From contig JAJCTO010000009.1 in the NCBI GenBank assembly GCA_046563655.1, positions 868,001-932,000 on the forward strand: a stretch of 64,000 nt of DNA, read 5' to 3'. Each line of letters starts with the position of its first letter. The first letter of the stretch is position 1. The notes beneath the pieces were generated by a model. That model made no database searches. It was not told where the DNA came from and saw only the letters and a list, made by a program, of their open reading frames with translations. The DNA is from Yuukianura sp. NJ FZ-2021 (Eukaryota). A program made the position numbers and the translations under genes. Positions 60,601 through 64,000 of the stretch are shown here, in pieces.

Positions 60601-63600
60601 ACACAGCAAGTGAAAGTGGGTTCCTGTAGCCCTTTTTATGAGTATTTCAAAAATATAGTTGACTTTTACCCAGCATCGTTCTGGAATGTATTTCTTTTGA
60701 ATTCTTTGTTTTGAAACATGAATTTTCATAAATAAAGGTAACAAGATGAGAAACGACACAGCAAGTGAAAGTGGGTTCCTGTAGCACTTTTTATGAGGAT
60801 TTCAAAAATGTAATTTACTTTCTGTTCATTCTCACATTTGCATGTTCATTCTCACAAAATTTAAGTCGTTTTGCGTCAAAATGGTGCTCGACATTACCCT
60901 GGGTGCCGTATTCCAACCCAAGATAAAATCTGAGGCAGAGCGGTTCATTCAGACTTTTAAGTACGCTCTAACCAGATTTAATTGCGATTTATCCACACCA
61001 ATTAAACTTGGGTTCCTGTAGTACTTTTCAGGAGGTTTTCAGAAAAGTAACTCATTTTCACCCGGCATCGCTCCGCGTGGAGTTTTTTTGAATGATTTGT
61101 TTTGAAACAAATTTTCATAAAAAAAGTCACGAGATGAGGGACGACACAGCAAGTGAAAGTGGGTTCCTGTAGCCCTTTTTATGAGGATTTCAAAAATATA
61201 CTTGACTTTTACCCAGCATCGTTCAGGAATGCATTTCTTTTGAATTCTTTGTTTTGAAACATGAATTTTCATAAATAAAGGTAACAAGATGAGAAACGAC
61301 ACAGCAAGTGAAAGTGGGTTCCTGTAGCACTTTTTATGAGGATTTCAAAAATGTAATTTACTTTCTGTTCATTCTCACATTTGCATGTTCATTCTCACAA
61401 AATTTAAGTCGTTTTGCGTCAAAATGGTGCTCGACGTTACCCTGGGTGCCGTATTCCAACCCAAGATAAAATCTGAGGCAGAGCGGTTCATTCAGACTTT
61501 TAAGTACGCTCTAACCAGATTTAATTGCGATTTATCCACACCAATTAAACTTGGGTTCCTGTAGTACTTTTCAGGAGGTTTTCAGAAAAGTAACTCATTT
61601 TCACCCGGCATCGCTCCGCGTGGAGTTTTTTTGAATGATTTGTTTTGATACAAATTTTCATAAAAAAAGTCACGAGATGAGGGACGACACAGCAAGTGAA
61701 AGTGGGTTCCTGTAGCCCTTTTTATGAGGATTTCAAAAATATAGTTGACTTTTATCCAGCATCGTTCTGGAATGCATTTCTTTTGAATTCTTTGTTCTGA
61801 AACATGAATTTTCATAAATAAAGGTAACAAGATGAGAAACGACACAGCAAGTGAAAGTGGGTTCCTGTAGCACTTTTTATGAGGATTTCAAAAATGTAAT
61901 TTACTTTCTGTTCATTCTCACATTTGCATGTTCATTCTCACAAAATTTAAGTCGTTTTGCGTCAAAATGGTGCTCGACATTACCCTGGGTGCCGTATTCC
62001 AACCCAAGATAAAATCTGAGGCAGAGCGGTTCATTCAGACTTTTAAGTACGCTCTAACCAGATTTAATTGCGATTTATCCACACCAATTAAACTTGGGTT
62101 CCTGTAGTACTTTTCAGGAGGTTTTCAGAAAAGTAACTCATTTTCACCCGGCATCGCTCCGCGTGGAGTTTTTTTGAATGATTTGTTTTGAAACAAATTT
62201 TCATAAAAAAAAGTCACGAGATGAGGGACGACACAGCAAGTGAAAGTGGGTTCCTGTAGCCCTTTTTATGAGGATTTCAAAAATATACTTGACTTTTACC
62301 CAGCATCGTTCTGGAATGCATTTCTTTTGAATTCTTTGTTTTGAAACATGAATTTTCATAAATAAAGGTAACAAGATGAGAAACGACACAGCAAGTGAAA
62401 GTGGGTTCCTGTAGCACTTTTTATGAGGATTTCAAAAATGTAATTTACTTTCTGTTCATTCTCACATTTGCATGTTCATTCTCACAAAATTTAAGTCGTT
62501 TTGCGTCAAAATGGTGCTCGACATTACCCTGGGTGCCGTATTCCAACCCAAGATAAAATCTGAGGCAGAGCGGTTCATTCAGACTTTTAAGTACGCTCTA
62601 ACCAGATTTAATTGCGATCTATCCACTCCAATTAAACTTGGGTTCCTGTAGTACTTTTCAGGAGGATTTCAGAAAAGTAACTCATTTTCACCCGGCATCG
62701 CTCCGCGTGGAGTTTTTTTGAATGATTTGTTTTGAAACAAATTTTCATAAAAAAAAGTCACGAGATGAGGGACGACACAGCAAGTGAAAGTGGGTTCCTG
62801 TAGCCCTTTTTATGAGGATTTCAAAAATATACTTGACTTTTACCCAGCATCGTTCAGGAATGCATTTCTTTTGAATTCTTTGTTTTGAAACATGAATTTT
62901 CATAAATAAAGGTAACAAGATGAGAAACGACACAGCAAGTGAAAGTGGGTTCCTGTAGCACTTTTTATGAGGATTTCAAAAATGTAATTTACTTTCTGTT
63001 CATTCTCACATTTGCATGTTCATTCTCACAAAATTTAAGTCGTTTTGCGTCAAAATGGTGCTCGACATTACCCTGGGTGCCGTATTCCAACCCAAGATAA
63101 AATCTGAGGCAGAGCGGTTCATTCAGACTTTTAAGTACGCTCTAACCAGATTTAATTGCGATTTATCCACACCAATTAAACTTGGGTTCCTGTAGTACTT
63201 TTCAGGAGGTTTTCAGAAAAGTAACTCATTTTCACCCGGCATCGCTCCGCGTGGAGTTTTTTTGAATGATTTGTTTTGAAACAAATTTTCATAAAAAAAG
63301 TCACGAGATGAGGGACGACACAGCAAGTGAAAGTGGGTTCCTGTAGCCCTTTTTATGAGGATTTCAAAAATATACTTGACTTTTACCCAGCATCGTTCTG
63401 GAATGCATTTCTTTTGAATTCTTTGTTTTGAAACATGAATTTTCATAAATAAAGGTAACAAGATGAGAAACGACACAGCAAGTGAAAGTGGGTTCCTGTA
63501 GCACTTTTTATGAGGATTTCAAAAATGTAATTTACTTTCTGTTCATTCTCACATTTGCATGTTCATTCTCACAAAATTTAAGTCGTTTTGCGTCAAAATG

Positions 63601-64000
63601 GTGCTCGACATTACCCTGGGTGCCGTATTCCAACCCAAGATAAAATCTGAGGCAGAGCGGTTCATTCAGACTTTTAAGTACGCTCTAACCAGATTTAATT
63701 GCGATCTATCCACTCCAATTAAACTTGGGTTCCTGTAGTACTTTTCAGGAGGATTTCAGAAAAGTAACTCATTTTCACCTGGCATCGCTCCGCGTGGAGG
63801 TTTTTCGAATGATTTGTTTTGAAACAAATTTTCATAAAAAAAGTCACGAGATGAGGGACGACACAGCAAGTGAAAGTGGGTTCCTGTAGCCCTTTTTATG
63901 AGTATTTCAAAAATATAGTTGACTTTTACCCAGCATCGTTCTGGAATGTATTTCTTTTGAATTCTTTGTTTTGAAACATGAATTTTCATAAATAAAGGTA
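42615..64000. repeat. 543/544-bp satellite (about 39 monomers, runs off the window end)
   Basis: 543-545-bp periodicity; internal sub-repeats GGGTTCCTGTAG...GAGGATTTCA occur three times per monomer. Confidence 0.97.

Noticed and set aside
42640..63989. Recurrent 60-100-aa ORFs (MSFLILL..., MHVHSHK...)
   Set aside because: Satellite-derived; their lengths vary with homopolymer indels. AERFIQTFK resembles an integrase motif but is too short to support.
29633..64000. CRISPR array
   Set aside because: Units are long and near-identical with no unique spacers; eukaryotic context and no cas genes.

Overview
Eukaryotic (probably arthropod/invertebrate, inferred) heterochromatin-like window made almost entirely of mobile DNA and satellites. 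1-3808: disrupted, intron-containing Polinton/Maverick-type DNA polymerase B gene on the minus strand, with a hAT-like MITE inserted. 4078-5819: two related Helentron/HINE-like elements tail-to-tail. 5820-42614: a 410-bp satellite array, split at 7560-29632 by a giant Ty3/gypsy LTR retroelement on the minus strand (about 19.5 kb without a nested LINE; 1073-bp LTRs, ATAT TSD, PBS, PPT). Besides gag, pro-pol and env, this element carries an unusual accessory gene set: a macrodomain, a membrane-type matrix metalloproteinase, a small basic coiled-coil ORF, an F-box protein, a degenerate dUTPase and a degenerate Rrp6/EXOSC10-like exonuclease. Several of these have a splice acceptor just before the ATG, as in complex retroviruses. 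A 5'-truncated LINE (RT-RNase H) sits in its 3' LTR. 42615-64000: a second, unrelated 543/544-bp satellite. The accessory-gene-laden retroelement is the main candidate for an undescribed system. All family assignments come from recognising motifs by eye, not from database searches.
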